From positions 744,001-808,000 of the forward strand of contig AP026127.1 of NCBI GenBank assembly GCA_030295235.1: 64,000 bases of DNA. Direction: 5' to 3'. The notes under the pieces are model-generated. The model saw only the letters and a list, made by a program, of their open reading frames with translations. It was not told where the DNA came from and made no database searches. The DNA comes from Fistulifera solaris. Lineage: Eukaryota. A program made the translations under genes and the position numbers. Below, piece after piece: positions 49,428 to 62,344 of the stretch (position 1 is its first letter; every line of letters starts with the position of its first letter).

Positions 49428-52349
49428 TTAGAATAATGCATTACGTTCAAAGGAAGAGATCGTGGCCTGATTCGTTGCTTCGATACGAGACACTTCAAGA
49501 TTATTGGAGAGCCTAATTTGCGCGTCTTTTAACAGCTCGGTCAATTCGTTCAACCTACGCAGCTGTGAAGCCACGCATTCGTACTCACGTCCTTGTACGG
49601 TCTGCGTAGCTAGACGAAGCTCTTCCTCGGCCGCTTCTTTTCATTGGCCAGGAAAAGGCGTCCCGCATCCGCGTCGGAATCAATCAACTTCTCCAATCGT
49701 CGCTTCTGGGCACGATTTCTTCGGCTTTGAACAATACCAATACAGCGCGGACACAGAAGGTCATCACCGGGTTCAGGATCTTTCATGGTATACCGTTTCC
49801 GAGCACAGCTCCAGTGATATGTGTTCGGACAAAATGAACAATTGTACAAAGGCTCCTGTGTATCTCCAGCTCTCTTCAAACAAGTGGAACATTTCGACGA
49901 TCTCTTTACGTCGTCGGGTTGGCGTGTTATGCTAGGGTATCGGCCAGAACTCAATTCTTCCACAAGTATGCGTAAGTCAATGAAAGGTGGCAAAGGTCTT
50001 TGGGGTAGGGTCGACAATGTCAGTGTAGGTTGCCTCTCGGGCACCTTCTTGACCTTGCGTTTTTCGGTAATTTCTTTTTCTTGATAACCTTTGCTTTCGT
50101 AACACTAGGAACTGGTTTCTTTTGATTCTTTTTTGGCGCTAATTGTCGAGCTTTGAAATTGAGCGCCTTGAACACGCTCGGATACATGGATCCAAGAAAC
50201 TTTGACTGCTCGTTTTGGATTTGCCATTCGAGCTCCTTCATGGTTGTATCAGGGTGTACGAATTCTTTTTGTGAGGATTTACTCGATTGGGCAACTGCTT
50301 TCTTTTGAGTCTCTAGCTCGTCCTGTTGTTTGGTGTAGGCTTCCATCGTCATCGCTCCAGTCTCGCCGCCTATTTCGATCACGAGGTCCATTGATGGCTT
50401 GTACGACCGAGGAGCTCCTGGTGGCCGGAACGCACTCACTGTAACGGGCTGGTGCGATCGCGGAAGGAGTTTGAAGCCCAAACTGATCAGTACTTGTGGA
50501 TACAAAGGAAAATCCGTTACTTTGTGCTTCGGCACAATCGCTACTCGAAGTGGTGGGGGTTCACTGTTACGACGAGCAAGTTCCCGTTGCGCACGTTCTT
50601 CGACTGAGGCAAGCTGAGTTTCAATCAATGTCTTCTTCTTCTCGTTGTTGGCTACACAAACCTTGGCACGACAATGGTACTTGTATCCCATAATAGAAAG
50701 AAAGCCCAGTCCGCAATCTACACACTGGTACTCTTCTAGTCCGTTCGAGAATGGAGTTGTGAGCTCATGACGTCGGATGTACAAACGCATTTCGGCTGCG
50801 TTTGTAAACGTTGTCTGGTTTAAAGTGGCGCCGTCATCTTTTATAACAGCTTCCCGATTCTGAACAAGCTTGCAAACAACAATCCTATCTGGGTAGGAGT
50901 CAACAGGGGCGGCGGGGTCTGCTTGAAATTTTCGGAAAGAAGGTGCGACCGGCGGTAGGATCTTCGATTTTTCTTGATCATAGATGTTTGCAATGTTCGT
51001 GGCGTTATCTGATCTACGCTGGTAAAGAGAACTGAACTGGCGCCGTCTTGCTAGAGAGTTGACTCCAGCTCTTGTTGCCCGCTCTTGAAAATATTGCCGG
51101 TATTGCATTTTGTATTTTGACCACTTTCTGTTAAGCTGAGCCAAATTCGAAGGAAGGCTTCCCGTTGGAGTAGCCCTGTCATCGGAAATAACTTCAACAA
51201 CGCCAAAAGATGTCAGAAACCGACTCCCCTGCGGGTGCTACGTCGAACGGCTTGTCACTTTGAAACTTCTTGGTATGACAAACCTTTTTCCCTGATAAAA
51301 AAGAGAGTCGTAGGTTGAGAATATTTGTCAAGGAGCACATGCATGTGTACACAATTACGTGAATACTCACTTTCATGGTACTGATATCCAAGAACACTCG
51401 AGAATATAACTCCACAATCAGGGCAGGTGCGATCTTTTCGGCGCCACGGAATTTCTTGTACTTTAATTTTCGTTCCGAATTTTCATCTAATTTCCGTCTG
51501 CCTTTTTGAACCGGACCGTCGGGTCGCTCCGTGGGCCGACAAACAAAATTTTGCTCGTGGTATTCCAGCGCTCGTGTCGATTTGAACGACTTGTTGCAGT
51601 GAGGACAATTGCTGACTTCCTCTTTCTTTTGTCGTTTGCGAGGACCCTTCGATGCGCCACGAGCTTGAAAGTCTTCATCCTGATCATCGTCGTACTCGCT
51701 TTCCGTGCCGTCTTCTGTAGAAGCTACTTTCGCGTGTCGTCTAGCGATTATCGGGCTAGCTTCGTCATCGGCATCCTCATCCGACTCGGTCGCCGACGGC
51801 GACGTGATTGAAGGATCCGACCCTCTAGCACGCTTGTTGTTGGTGCGTTTCGATCTGCCCTTTAAGGGTTGTCGATTTGCAGCCGGCTTGACGTCTTTCT
51901 CGTCGTCTTTGACAGAATCATCATCGGGCTTTCCTGCTGACGCATTGTCCTCTGGACTTTCCGGTCGTTCTTCTGGTCGGCAAACGTATTTATTCACATG
52001 ATAGTTGAGTCCGTAAATACTTGTAAAGACGGCACCGCAATGGGGGCATGTTTTTTCTTCCACGGTTGCCTTCTTTCCTCGCTTTTGCTTGGGTTTTGCT
52101 ACTTCCGGAGATGAGCTTGCCACATTCTCCGCTGACGCACGCTCCTTATTTTTCGCTCGATACTGGGGACGACAAACCGAATGCTCCATATGGTACGTAA
52201 ACCCGTACTGGCTAGTAAACTCACGTCCACAGTGAACGCAGGTGAGATCCGCGGATTTTTTTGTTCAAAGGCAAGGCTAGCTCTTCCTCCTCCGTTTCAT
52301 CTGCGTCTTCGTCCTTGCTAGCAGGACCGGGTTTCCTGGTTTCTGGCAT
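49428..52349 (-). CDS. Multi C2H2/C2HC zinc-finger protein with C-terminal PHD finger; one intron and several frameshifts
   Basis: CPHCGAVFTSIYGLNYH...VC, CPHCNKSFKS..ALEYH..VC, CVDCGLGF...YHC; PHD CSTC...LYNCSFCPNTYHWSC...LCPRC. Confidence 0.8.
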
Positions 52350-53088
52350 GCTTGTGCGGATTGCAAATTTGTTGTTTGATAATTATAGTTATGATGCAAA
52401 AATAATGATAGCTGGTTGCTGCCACAAACAAAGAGTTTTGCCACAGATGCTGCTTCAAAAATCCTTTACCGCGGTGAATGCGGCTCGGACAAGTTCGGAT
52501 AAATCCATGTAGAAAATGTACTACCAGGCTACCAGGTACACACTGTGCGTGTCCCGGGAGGAGTTTGAGCTCTTTTAGTCGCGAGTCACTTAGCTTTTTT
52601 ATTTCGCAAAACTTCTTCCAACAAGCAAAAACTTTATGGAAGATACGGAGTAGCTATTTAATTTTTTTAAAAAAAAAATACGTAGTACAAAGGATATCCC
52701 CGCGTACCAGGTAATTGGTATCAGTCGCTTTAACATATGTTCTAGGGCGTTCTAAATGAATAATGAGGGGGGAAATGTCGGCTTTAATTGATCACTTTCA
52801 AGAATTCTAAATTCGAATCGATTGCGATATCGCTCCTAAGTGAACTCTAGTATAGTTGAATCAAAACAAGGTCGGTGGTAGCTCTATGACATTCATCTGA
52901 GAAAGTAGAAGGAGTAACTCTACTCTCTTTTCCGTGGTACTGGAGAGAAGTGACAGGCCTGAATGAGCCACGGAATTTTGCGAGGGCGTGAGTTTCATGC
53001 CAAATTTTACCTGATTACTATTTGTGATGCGGTAGACAGAGCGTGGGCCAAAAAGCGTGGAACGAAGTGCATTCGAAACAACGGCCGT

Positions 53089-55753
53089 TCAGATCAGGTC
53101 AAAATCATCGTGCATAAACTGCAAAACATCGGTAAACACTGCGGCGAGAATATCATAGTTCCTGTTTTGATTTCGAGGCGATTGAGGATATGTTCTTAGA
53201 AGCAAATCATGCATGCACGAAACGTTCCTACCTTGTAGTTTCTTTGTGTTCAACGCCAATCGCTTCAATAACTGAGGTCGTGTATTCAATGCCCGTCGTC
53301 CTACTTGTGCCGTTGCTAAAGTAGCGTATCATCTCCGGTTTATATTTCGTTCCATGTGGATGGCTTGTACCCGTATCGCTCAAATCCTTTTGTACTTCGT
53401 CGTTGACTGCTTCAGCCTCCACGCCTTCTTTCCATTCGATCGCTCCTTTTGGGCGTCGGCTGATACGGATGTGATCCAGCGGATTTGACGCGAATTCCTC
53501 ACCGGAGTGCTTCAATGCCCTCACAGAATGTAGTAACCAAGTTTGCGCCCACGCTAACGATAAATACGGGACAGAACCATCTCCACCATGCTTCTGGTGA
53601 CCCTCCTTCCAAAACCGTTTTGTAGGTTTCTTTTTCAGCAAAAGAAATCCGCCTTCTTGGACCCTTTCCTCCTCAATCCGGCCTCCTTCTGTTTCCCAGT
53701 AAACAGTTTCTAAGTTTGGGATTTCGTTGCTCGATGACTTTCTCTCTTCATTTCTTTTGCGATATGCGTAGCCGACTTCCGTTGGAATGTCAACGCCGTA
53801 GGCCATAATCACGTGTTTGATCAAAGGGCGCTCCCAAGTGCGATTCAGCATGTTCTTTACGTTGTCTCTCCAAAACGAATCTTTCAGTTGATTTCTTTTC
53901 ACTAGTAAAGGTTCATCAGGTTCGTTCCAAATCTCATTGAATATTTCAAAGACTCGTCCTTGTCCGGCAAGATGTGTTGTACGGGCAAATATAAGTCGCT
54001 GAACGCATGCAAATAAAGACTGAACAAATATTTCCTAAGACTTACCGGACTGCACGTCTCGTGGACCAACATGCAATGTTCTATTAACGGCACACGGTGA
54101 CTTTTCTTTCGCCGTGCAATTTTCTTCGACGATTTGTATCATAGGAATGTCAGAGTCCCAATCAGAGCGCTTGTATAAGAGATTTTTTAGAGTTGGGAAA
54201 TTCGCCCATGGGTCGCCGATGTCTTTGTTCTCTTGCGACTCAATGTCTAAGACGATATCGTCCAGACATGCCAGTCTAACATCAACGTGTTTCCGCTCCA
54301 TCTTCTTCTCGTCCCATTTCTCAAAGTCCCAGCTATCGCAGAATCCCATCTTCGTTGAGACCGGGTTCAGAGTATGTGTCGATCCAAAAGACAACTCCAT
54401 ATGCCGAGCCGCTTCGTCGGTTAGCGGCATTCCCATGTTCTCGCCTGAGATGACGGCTCGAGAGGATTGGCTGCTCCCAAGAGAGGGGCAGCTAAGCCAA
54501 CATAAGTCCAGATATGTTTTTCGATCCACTCGTGCCATAACGCGTCGCCTTCGATTTTGGCAAGTTCGCGCAACTGTAATGTTCTATCTTGCTCGTCTGG
54601 TTTCTCGTCATTTTCTGCATCGGTAGCTTGAGGCTCTGAGTACAGCCATCCTGACATTGTGCTGAGATAGCTAGTGCTTGCAGAGTTAGTTTTTGTCTTT
54701 TTGAGCCTGTCCTGTCGTGCTCTTTCTCGTTTTGCTGCTCGTTTCAGGAATCCCTCGAAGGCCTCTTGTCGAAATTCAGCTCGCAACCACTCCAAAAAAT
54801 ATTGGAAAACGAGGTTACCCATGCTGTGCGCAACGACTATACCGGGCAACTGACTGGTACTGACAGAGGCTTCCAGTTTTCTTCTCATATTCGCCAAATA
54901 TCCATCTCGCTCTTGCATCTTGGATGGCGTCAGTCGCCAATCGTATGGCAGCCCGATGAGATTACTCACGTCGTACCCCAAATGTTCTGCGAGCCACTGA
55001 ATCAACCACGCATAGACAGTATTTGTTCCTCCCATAAGCATTTCACTGCTGAAACCGTCGGGACTCAGGCTGGATATAGCATCGAGCCCTTCGTCGGGCC
55101 GCAACTTGCAACCCCGCTATCATTGGCGTCACTCTGATTGACGCCCAAAGCAATACACTCTTTCATGCAGCTCACGTCCAGGGTACTAGCTTGGACCAAG
55201 ATTTGCAAGTTCAACCATACATTATCCTGAATTTTGATATCACTCAAGATACCGGGACATGCTTTGAATTTCCAGGCAATGAGGCGCGTTGCTGCCAGTC
55301 CGGGTATTAAAAAGATGGGAGGCCGAGTTGTGTTGTGCTCGCCAGCTAAACCACTGCCACTTCGACGCAGTTTGTCACGCATTCTCAAAATGTTCGGATT
55401 TCTTCCCCAATGTTTATCAACGGGCGGATTGGCCGTACATATCTCTTCGACATCGGTTTGAAAGTCCGTGGAGCAAGTGTCCTCGGCATCTCCTTCCTCT
55501 AGGGTGGTGACGGGGGTGTATAACAATTTTGATCTTCGCAGTCTGGATCAGCTTGAATTGGATCTAGAAAGGAGTCCTCGAAAGCATCCAGGGAGAGCTT
55601 GTCAGTCACGAAATCGGAAAGAAGTGTTTCGGTCAGATGGGTTGTTGCAACATGAATATCATCATCGGAATGTGCTCTGTGAAGGAATAGGAATAGCACA
55701 ACGTATTTAAGAGAGAGAATCGTTGCCGCGGTCCAACGCTGAGTAAGAGGCAT
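53089..55753 (-). CDS. LCAT-family acyltransferase (PDAT/PSAT-like); several frameshifts, intron near 53170-53230
   Basis: PPIFLIPGLAATRL, GLPYDWRL, IVVAHSMGN (catalytic Ser), APLLGA, MAYGVDIPTEVGY, GDGSVPYLSL, GVEH. Confidence 0.85.
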
Positions 55754-56447
55754 GTTTCCGGACGATGTTGAGTACGATCTCCTAAAGGACAGCCTATTGT
55801 TCTGTCGTTGACATTCACGCCGTTCAGTTTTGCAAATGTATCGCATTATTACGGTGCTCACAAACTATTTTCACGGTCTCTGGTCGAATGTATTTGAATG
55901 CCTCAGGTGTACGCTAGCATGAAGTAAGCATCGGTTGTCTCTGTAGTAAGGTAGCTGGTAAGATCATAAAGGATCGAATGGCATGAGATTCAATAATAAG
56001 ATGCAAAGTTGCGACGATAGCGATAATATTAAAATCATTGGAAACTCAATCAGGGCATCAATAAGTCACTGCGATGACGTTGGTGCTACTTTGAAATGGG
56101 GGGGAGGACAGACAAAAATGAAAGGGGGGGAGGGGGGAGAGGGGGAGATTTTGGCTTTAGAGCTCTTTGCGTACCCTGGTAGCCTTGTAACTTAAGCTAA
56201 AAACATCAATATACGGCTATTTAGAAACAGTCGGCTTCTCAAATCATATATACAAAACGTGATCCACACCAAAAAATCCTTACAGCTCGCAGGTAACACG
56301 GCTTATTGTTGCGCAATACCTGGTATTGCTGCAAGTTGAATTATCTTTTGGTTTTTTTTATGCTATTCCGCCCAAGAGCAGCGAGTAGACAAGCATTAGG
56401 CCTGGCTTGCGTATCCGGTGGCTAGGAACACTTTAAACTTTTTCGTG

Positions 56448-57923
56448 ATGCCGTCGAACAATTGTAGCCGCGATACTCGTTCGAGAAATTCTCAAACACC
56501 GTCGTTCGACAAAAGCCGACAAGAACGTGAGCTGGAAGAGTTGAGACAGCGAGGATTGACGAAATTACTTAATCGGCATTTCACTGAAGCTGCACGTCGT
56601 GTCAATTTGGAGAAAGCAGCCATCGATGCTGCTCAAAAGGATTTGGAGCGAAGAAAAGCTCGGGCTTCTTTGTCGGCGCGACCGAACAAATCTGTAGAAG
56701 TATCACCTTTAGATGCCATGTGTTTACAGGTCAATAAATGGCAGAAAGAAACGCGTCGGAGAGAACGTGAGACGATTCTTATGTATCAGCGCTACGTCGA
56801 TACTTTTGGAAGGGCCGGGGCGTCAAAGCGAGCCAAGTCGGAACGCAGCACTCCCAAAATCCGCTCGGGAAATAAGACCAAAACTGTGCTTTTGCAGTCC
56901 GCTTCTCTTAGTCCTCTATTGGTCGAGGATAGATGTTCGAACCCTCTTCTCATTCAGGAAGCGACCGCTAAGTCTATGCAACATCGGGCAGATACAATGA
57001 CTGACGGCGAACCCGACAAGATATCTGAGAGCTCTTCACATGGTGTAAGCAGCCCACAAAATATTCAACTACTGGCTAACGTTTCTGATCTCTTCGAAAG
57101 CCAAGATCTTCTCAACAAAGACGATGTAATATCCCTCTGCTCAGGCCTAACATTGAGCTCAGAGCAAACTCGACAAGTTTTGAATCAATGTGAAGGAACA
57201 CTGGCTAGATTCTTGAAACGAGAGCTTGCTGAAGTTCGAGAACTAATGATGACTAAAGAGACCGATCACCCTGACATGACGATTATCTCGTGTAATGATG
57301 AATCATCGGTTTTTTCAACGAAGATAGCGGACCATGCTGAATTGATGGTAAAGAAAATGCAGTCGATTGTGGATGAGTTGCAAATCAAAAGTGAAGAATT
57401 CCTAGTAGATAGAAGTTCTGTTTTTTGCCTGAAAGAGGAGTGTGGGGTTAGACAAACTTGCCGCAACTGCGATCAGTGGTTTGCCGACGACGATGAATCT
57501 AGTCAACTGGAGCACGACCACGAATGTTACAGCGACAACTTTTTGACTGAAAATGATCTTCTGCATACAGATGACGTTAGACCCGAGACAAGGATACGGC
57601 AGTCTTCTAATGGGCATGGCGTCTATTACAGTAAACTCCGCAAGTCGAAGTGGCGTGGCTGCTATGTGCGTCATGGATTGTGGTTTGTAATTTCTCTTAT
57701 CGGTTTTTTCAAGTTCTACTCAGCAGGTCGGTCAGTCTCTGGTAAAGTCACTCATGAAAGGAGTGATGCCCGGACAAGCACCGTTAAAATCGATCAAATC
57801 GTACCTTCTTTCTACCTCGAAGCGGATGAAAAGATTGATCCGCCTGAAACCTTCAGAAATTCCTCGACTATTGATGAATACGTAAAAGTACACAGTAATT
57901 TAATGACTGCAGAGACTTGTTAA
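56448..57923 (+). CDS. Hypothetical coiled-coil protein with a late TM segment
   Basis: Intact ~490-aa ORF; coiled-coil N-terminus; hydrophobic GLWFVISLIGFF. Confidence 0.65.
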   Translation: MPSNNCSRDTRSRNSQTPSFDKSRQERELEELRQRGLTKLLNRHFTEAARRVNLEKAAIDAAQKDLERRKARASLSARPNKSVEVSPLDAMCLQVNKWQKETRRRERETILMYQRYVDTFGRAGASKRAKSERSTPKIRSGNKTKTVLLQSASLSPLLVEDRCSNPLLIQEATAKSMQHRADTMTDGEPDKISESSSHGVSSPQNIQLLANVSDLFESQDLLNKDDVISLCSGLTLSSEQTRQVLNQCEGTLARFLKRELAEVRELMMTKETDHPDMTIISCNDESSVFSTKIADHAELMVKKMQSIVDELQIKSEEFLVDRSSVFCLKEECGVRQTCRNCDQWFADDDESSQLEHDHECYSDNFLTENDLLHTDDVRPETRIRQSSNGHGVYYSKLRKSKWRGCYVRHGLWFVISLIGFFKFYSAGRSVSGKVTHERSDARTSTVKIDQIVPSFYLEADEKIDPPETFRNSSTIDEYVKVHSNLMTAETC

Positions 57924-58631
57924 GTCTGCGCAAGTGACTCTAGAACATGGAAGCGCAACATTTATAAATGTTGTGCGAGGAGTGTCGTGGTCTGAAAGTA
58001 TTGTATCTGCGAGCCGGAAAAAGCAACATGGCACCGTTGATTTTTCAAAAACAACATTCAATAAGAAAAACCTAGCCGAGTTCATCCTACAATAGACTGT
58101 TTCAAACAAACTCGAAAAGCGATGGTTTCTGTTTTAAAAGGTTTTCATTGCTATTTTTTACGCCGTTCGTAGACTACTTTATTTCATGGGACACAAATGG
58201 ATCGATGTCAGTCCTGAATGCACAAGGTGACCCCATAACCTCATCCTTTTCAAGTTTGAGGTCACTGAAAAGTAACTTTGAAACGGACGTCATCTGACGA
58301 AATTTGGCGCCCATTACCGGAATGGTTGTATACAGCGTTGTAGACAATTCAATGATGAAAGTCATTTGAAATTTGTCCCTGCGACCCGTTGAGAAGAAAA
58401 ATGTGACAAAGAAGATGCGCGATGACTTTTTTACTATGACATATTGAGTATCCGGAATGTGCATTTAACGGTAGACGGCGGATCATTTTTGCACCTCAAC
58501 CCCTCCGACGACCCAACGACTTTTTCATTCGACGAAACTTTTTGTTCACAAATTCTCGTTTCAAATCTTGAAACGTTCGAGAGAATAACTGAAGCATCTT
58601 TCATTACAAGACAAACAACAACTTTGCAAAT

Positions 58632-59480
58632 ATGTTAAAACAAATTGTTTTCGTTCAAATGCTGTTGATCCTTTCCCTGGGTTTGGCAGCTGGACAGAGT
58701 GCAGAAAATACTATTCGAGGAGCAGTTTCGCAAGAGCAAAACCAACGTGCCCTCAGCAGTCATGATGACGATGGCTATTATACAGATGACTACTACTACG
58801 GTACGTTTAACTTACATTGGGAAAAGTACTTAGCGCCACAGTAGATCGCTCACAATATATATTTCTGTTCGTCTTTCCTGAAAGGAGGCAAGGGCAAAGG
58901 TAAGGGCAAGGGAGGAAAGAAAGGAGGAAAGGGCGGAAAGAAGGGAAAGAAGGGCAAGAAATCCTCGGGTGACTACGATGATGATTACTATCCTGAGAGT
59001 CGTGGTTGCGAACTGACTGTGATGAACGAGACTTTCTCTATTCCACGTGCCTTGAGTTATGTTGCCCCCGATACTACATCACCAGAAAACATGGGCGACC
59101 CCGTATTGGCAGGAACTGTATTCTTGTGGAGAAACCAGCAAGTGTTTGAAGCCGACGGCGTCATCCCCATCTCAGGAACAACCGTGAGTGGAACTTGCAC
59201 ACGAACAAACCAAGACGGAGAAGAAAGCATGGGATCTTGCCAGTTCGTCTTCGTTGATGACGACGATTACACCATCACTGTTGATGGCTTACTGTCAGGT
59301 CCGTCCGGTAGCAGCCTTGGCATCACAGGTGGAACTGGCAGTATGGCGGGGGCCGTCGGTGAAATGGAGTTTTTCTCTGTACATGAAGAAGACGACGATG
59401 TTTCTGGTGACATATTCATTAACGTCACACGATACGAGATTGAAGCTTCATTGGGTTTGATCAAATGTCCGACACATTAA
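58632..59480 (+). CDS. Secreted Lys/Gly- and Asp/Tyr-rich protein with dirigent/allene-oxide-cyclase-like C-domain (copy A; intron 58801-58884)
   Basis: Signal peptide; QRAL-SSHDDDGYYTDDYYYG|GKGKGKGKGGKKGGKGGKKGKKGKKSSGDYDDDYY; then SGTCTRT...GSCQF...ITGGTG. Confidence 0.82.
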
Positions 59481-60120
59481 ACGCTTCGTTGCTGTCTATT
59501 TCCCCGTTTTGTTCTAGTAGATTAATTGAGTAAAAATTCTTGACAATGTCAGTCTAATCTTTTGTATTCTCTGCCTTGTCTTGCCCATTTTCATTTCATG
59601 CTGTATCCATTGACGCAGCTCACTGCAATGGGTCTGAACTTAGTGTTCCGACAAAGGCATATAGTCGTTGATTTCTTTTCGACAATTATACCCTCTATCA
59701 AGAGTGGCTAGGATTCAAATTGCTTACGTCCTATCCCTACAAAAGAACCGATCCGTCTTTCAAAATGTTTACCACACCCTATTCAATGATAAAAAGCACT
59801 ATTGTGAGCCAATTTCAAGACATCCAACGAAAAGATGTTATGCTCTTTTGCTCTGTTGCTGTTATTTGATGCTATTTTTGGACTAAATAATGACGTTTTA
59901 TAGCTGCCCTAACCTTCCTTCGATTCTTCCAGCTTTTTACTATGATGCAAAGTGTAGGTTCTACCTGATGTGACTCAATCGATTAGCAGTCCCGGATTGA
60001 TTTGTGACGACGGAACAAAGATTGTTCGTCTATAAAATATAATGAGGTTGTTTTTAAAAGTCATGCTCGAGTAATCGATCCTTTGATAACAGAACCAGTC
60101 CAGAAGCCTCGAAGCCGTTC

Positions 60121-60747
60121 ATGATCGTGTTCAGTCGGAAAGACTTGCTCTACTCCGCGTTAGTGCCTCCTTTGATCAGGTGCGACCGAGAAAATAGGGG
60201 TTTATCACTGGAAGGATGCGCTGAACTCATCTGCAAGAAGACTCCAAAAGAGCTTTGCCGGGCAGTAAAAGAAACTGGGCGCGTGCTTTATCGTGGTGAA
60301 GATGTGAAGAGGGCGTCAATACTGGCATTGAAGCCAGACCTACTAGACGAAAGCACTTACAACGACCCGGAGGCGCTTGCATACTTCCGCTGCATGGAAA
60401 CCTTTTTAGAGCAAAAACAAATTTTTGCGAGACCGTCTACCGGCCACATTGCGACTTCGTCTATTGAAGACGCCATACCATGGGGGAATCCGGTTTCAAT
60501 TTGGCCGTTAAGACGGCAGTGGAGCTACCTTTGGGCCGAAAATCGAAAGCTACTTTATCCTGGTTCTTGTGATCAAAACAACCAGCTTGTGATAAATGAG
60601 GGACTTTCTATAGCTTTGCAAGCGGGGAGAGAAGTTCTCTTTTCAACGGCAGACGAAACTTTATTGGAGTCGCGAGTCTTAGCTATTCCAAGCGACTTGA
60701 CAGCAGAACTCATGGCCCTGCTGAACGAGAAGCGCTACGGTTTGTAA
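60121..60747 (+). CDS. Hypothetical protein with possible ADP-ribosyltransferase-like motifs
   Basis: Intact 208-aa ORF; VLYRGE, HIATSS, GREVLF. Confidence 0.6.
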   Translation: MIVFSRKDLLYSALVPPLIRCDRENRGLSLEGCAELICKKTPKELCRAVKETGRVLYRGEDVKRASILALKPDLLDESTYNDPEALAYFRCMETFLEQKQIFARPSTGHIATSSIEDAIPWGNPVSIWPLRRQWSYLWAENRKLLYPGSCDQNNQLVINEGLSIALQAGREVLFSTADETLLESRVLAIPSDLTAELMALLNEKRYGL

Positions 60748-60867
60748 TTAATAGCGTTGCTGCCTCCCCCGGTGAACGCGAAGCAGATTGAAATGTAACA
60801 CTTCATTATGTATAGTTATGATTTGGATTCTATTGCAACAATTCGGGCGACATGACACGCCTCGGCT

Positions 60868-61873
60868 TTAATGCGTTGGACATATGATCAGACCCAAGTC
60901 TGCTTCGATCTCGTACCGTGTAACGTTGATGAAAATGTCTCCAGCCGCATCATCGTCTTCCTCATGAACTGGGAAGAAATCCATTTGACCCACAACACCT
61001 ACCATGCCGCCAGTGCCTCCAGTGATACCAAGGCTGCTGCCGTAAGGCCCTGTCAATACTCCGTCAACAGTAATGGTGTAATCGTCATCGTCAACAAAGA
61101 CGAATTGGCATGATCCCATACTATTTTCCCCGTCTTGGTTAGTTCGCGTGCAAGTTCCGCTGACGGTTGTACCTGCAATAGGAACTGAGCCGTCGGCTTC
61201 AAACACTTGCTGGTTTCTCCAAAGGAAGACAGTTCCGGCCAAAACGGGGTCACCCATGTTTTCTGGTGATGTAGTATCCGGCGCTACGTAGCTCAACGCA
61301 CGCGGAACAGAGAAGGTTTCGTTCATTACGACAAGCTTGCAATCGCCATCCGCAAAAAAGTTGTCATCAAAGAAATTGTCATCGAGAAAGTTGATGTCAC
61401 CGACGGAAGGATAAAGCTCGTTCCAATCTCCCTTTTCTTGGTACGAGTAGTCGTGTGAATGGTGCTTACTTGACTTCTTGCCTTTCTTTCCTCCTTTGCC
61501 TTTTCCCTTGCCCTTTCCTCCGCCTTTGCCCTTGCCCTTTCCTCCGCCTTTGCCCTTGCCCTTTCCTCCGCCTTTGCCCTTGCCTTTGCCCTTTCCTTTT
61601 CCTCCTTGTACAGTGGGCGGGCTTATGTGAGCGATTTATAAATTGTGAGCTAAGATTCATTCTCATTGTAGTGCACTTACCATAGTAGTAATCATCAGCA
61701 TAGTCATCTGTATAGCCGTCATCGTCGTAATACCCATCGTCATCGCTTCTCAGCGCTCGTTGAGGTGCTTCTTGTGAAAGGGTCCCCCGGAGGCTGTTCT
61801 CGGTCCTTTGTCCGGCTACCGTTTGGATCGATAAAAGCAAAAGCGCTTGAACGAAGATAAGGTACTTTGTCAT
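60868..61873 (-). CDS. Secreted Lys/Gly- and Asp/Tyr-rich protein (copy B, inverted paralog of 58632-59480; intron ~61607-61680)
   Basis: Signal peptide; QRAL-RSDDDGYYDDDGYTDDYADDYYYG|GKGKGKGKGGGKGKGKGGG...; C-domain nearly identical to copy A; same intron position. Confidence 0.85.
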
Positions 61874-62344
61874 AGTTATCTTTGTTCTGTTTCAATCGTA
61901 CGTTCCCACCGTCTTGGTCGCAAAGTGAATGAATTGTGCTGTGTTTTTGTGGTCAGCCAATTTTGCCAACGGCTCTGTTGCGAGTTGAATGAGAAAGTTT
62001 GAATTTTGTATTCTTGCGTCCGTTCCGTTCTCGCATTAATGTCACAGAGGATCCAAACATAAGCCCCGCTTTGATTGTATAGCCCCAAAAGACCTCTTTT
62101 CTATCTCAACGCTTTCGATACTTATTTCGATAGTCTTTGCAAATTTTCTCTGTCTAGGCTCTAAAGTACAATCCGAAACATTTGCATGACCGCATTCTCC
62201 GAGTTTTGTTCCACCGATCCGCGCCCGCGCCAAATGCCACATGCTCCAAAAAAATAATGAAAAAATGAGCGTCACTCATCGGTCACCCAAATCTTTCTTT
62301 GCGCTAGTAACGTAAAGGTATCATTGAAGGTGTGAATATACAAA

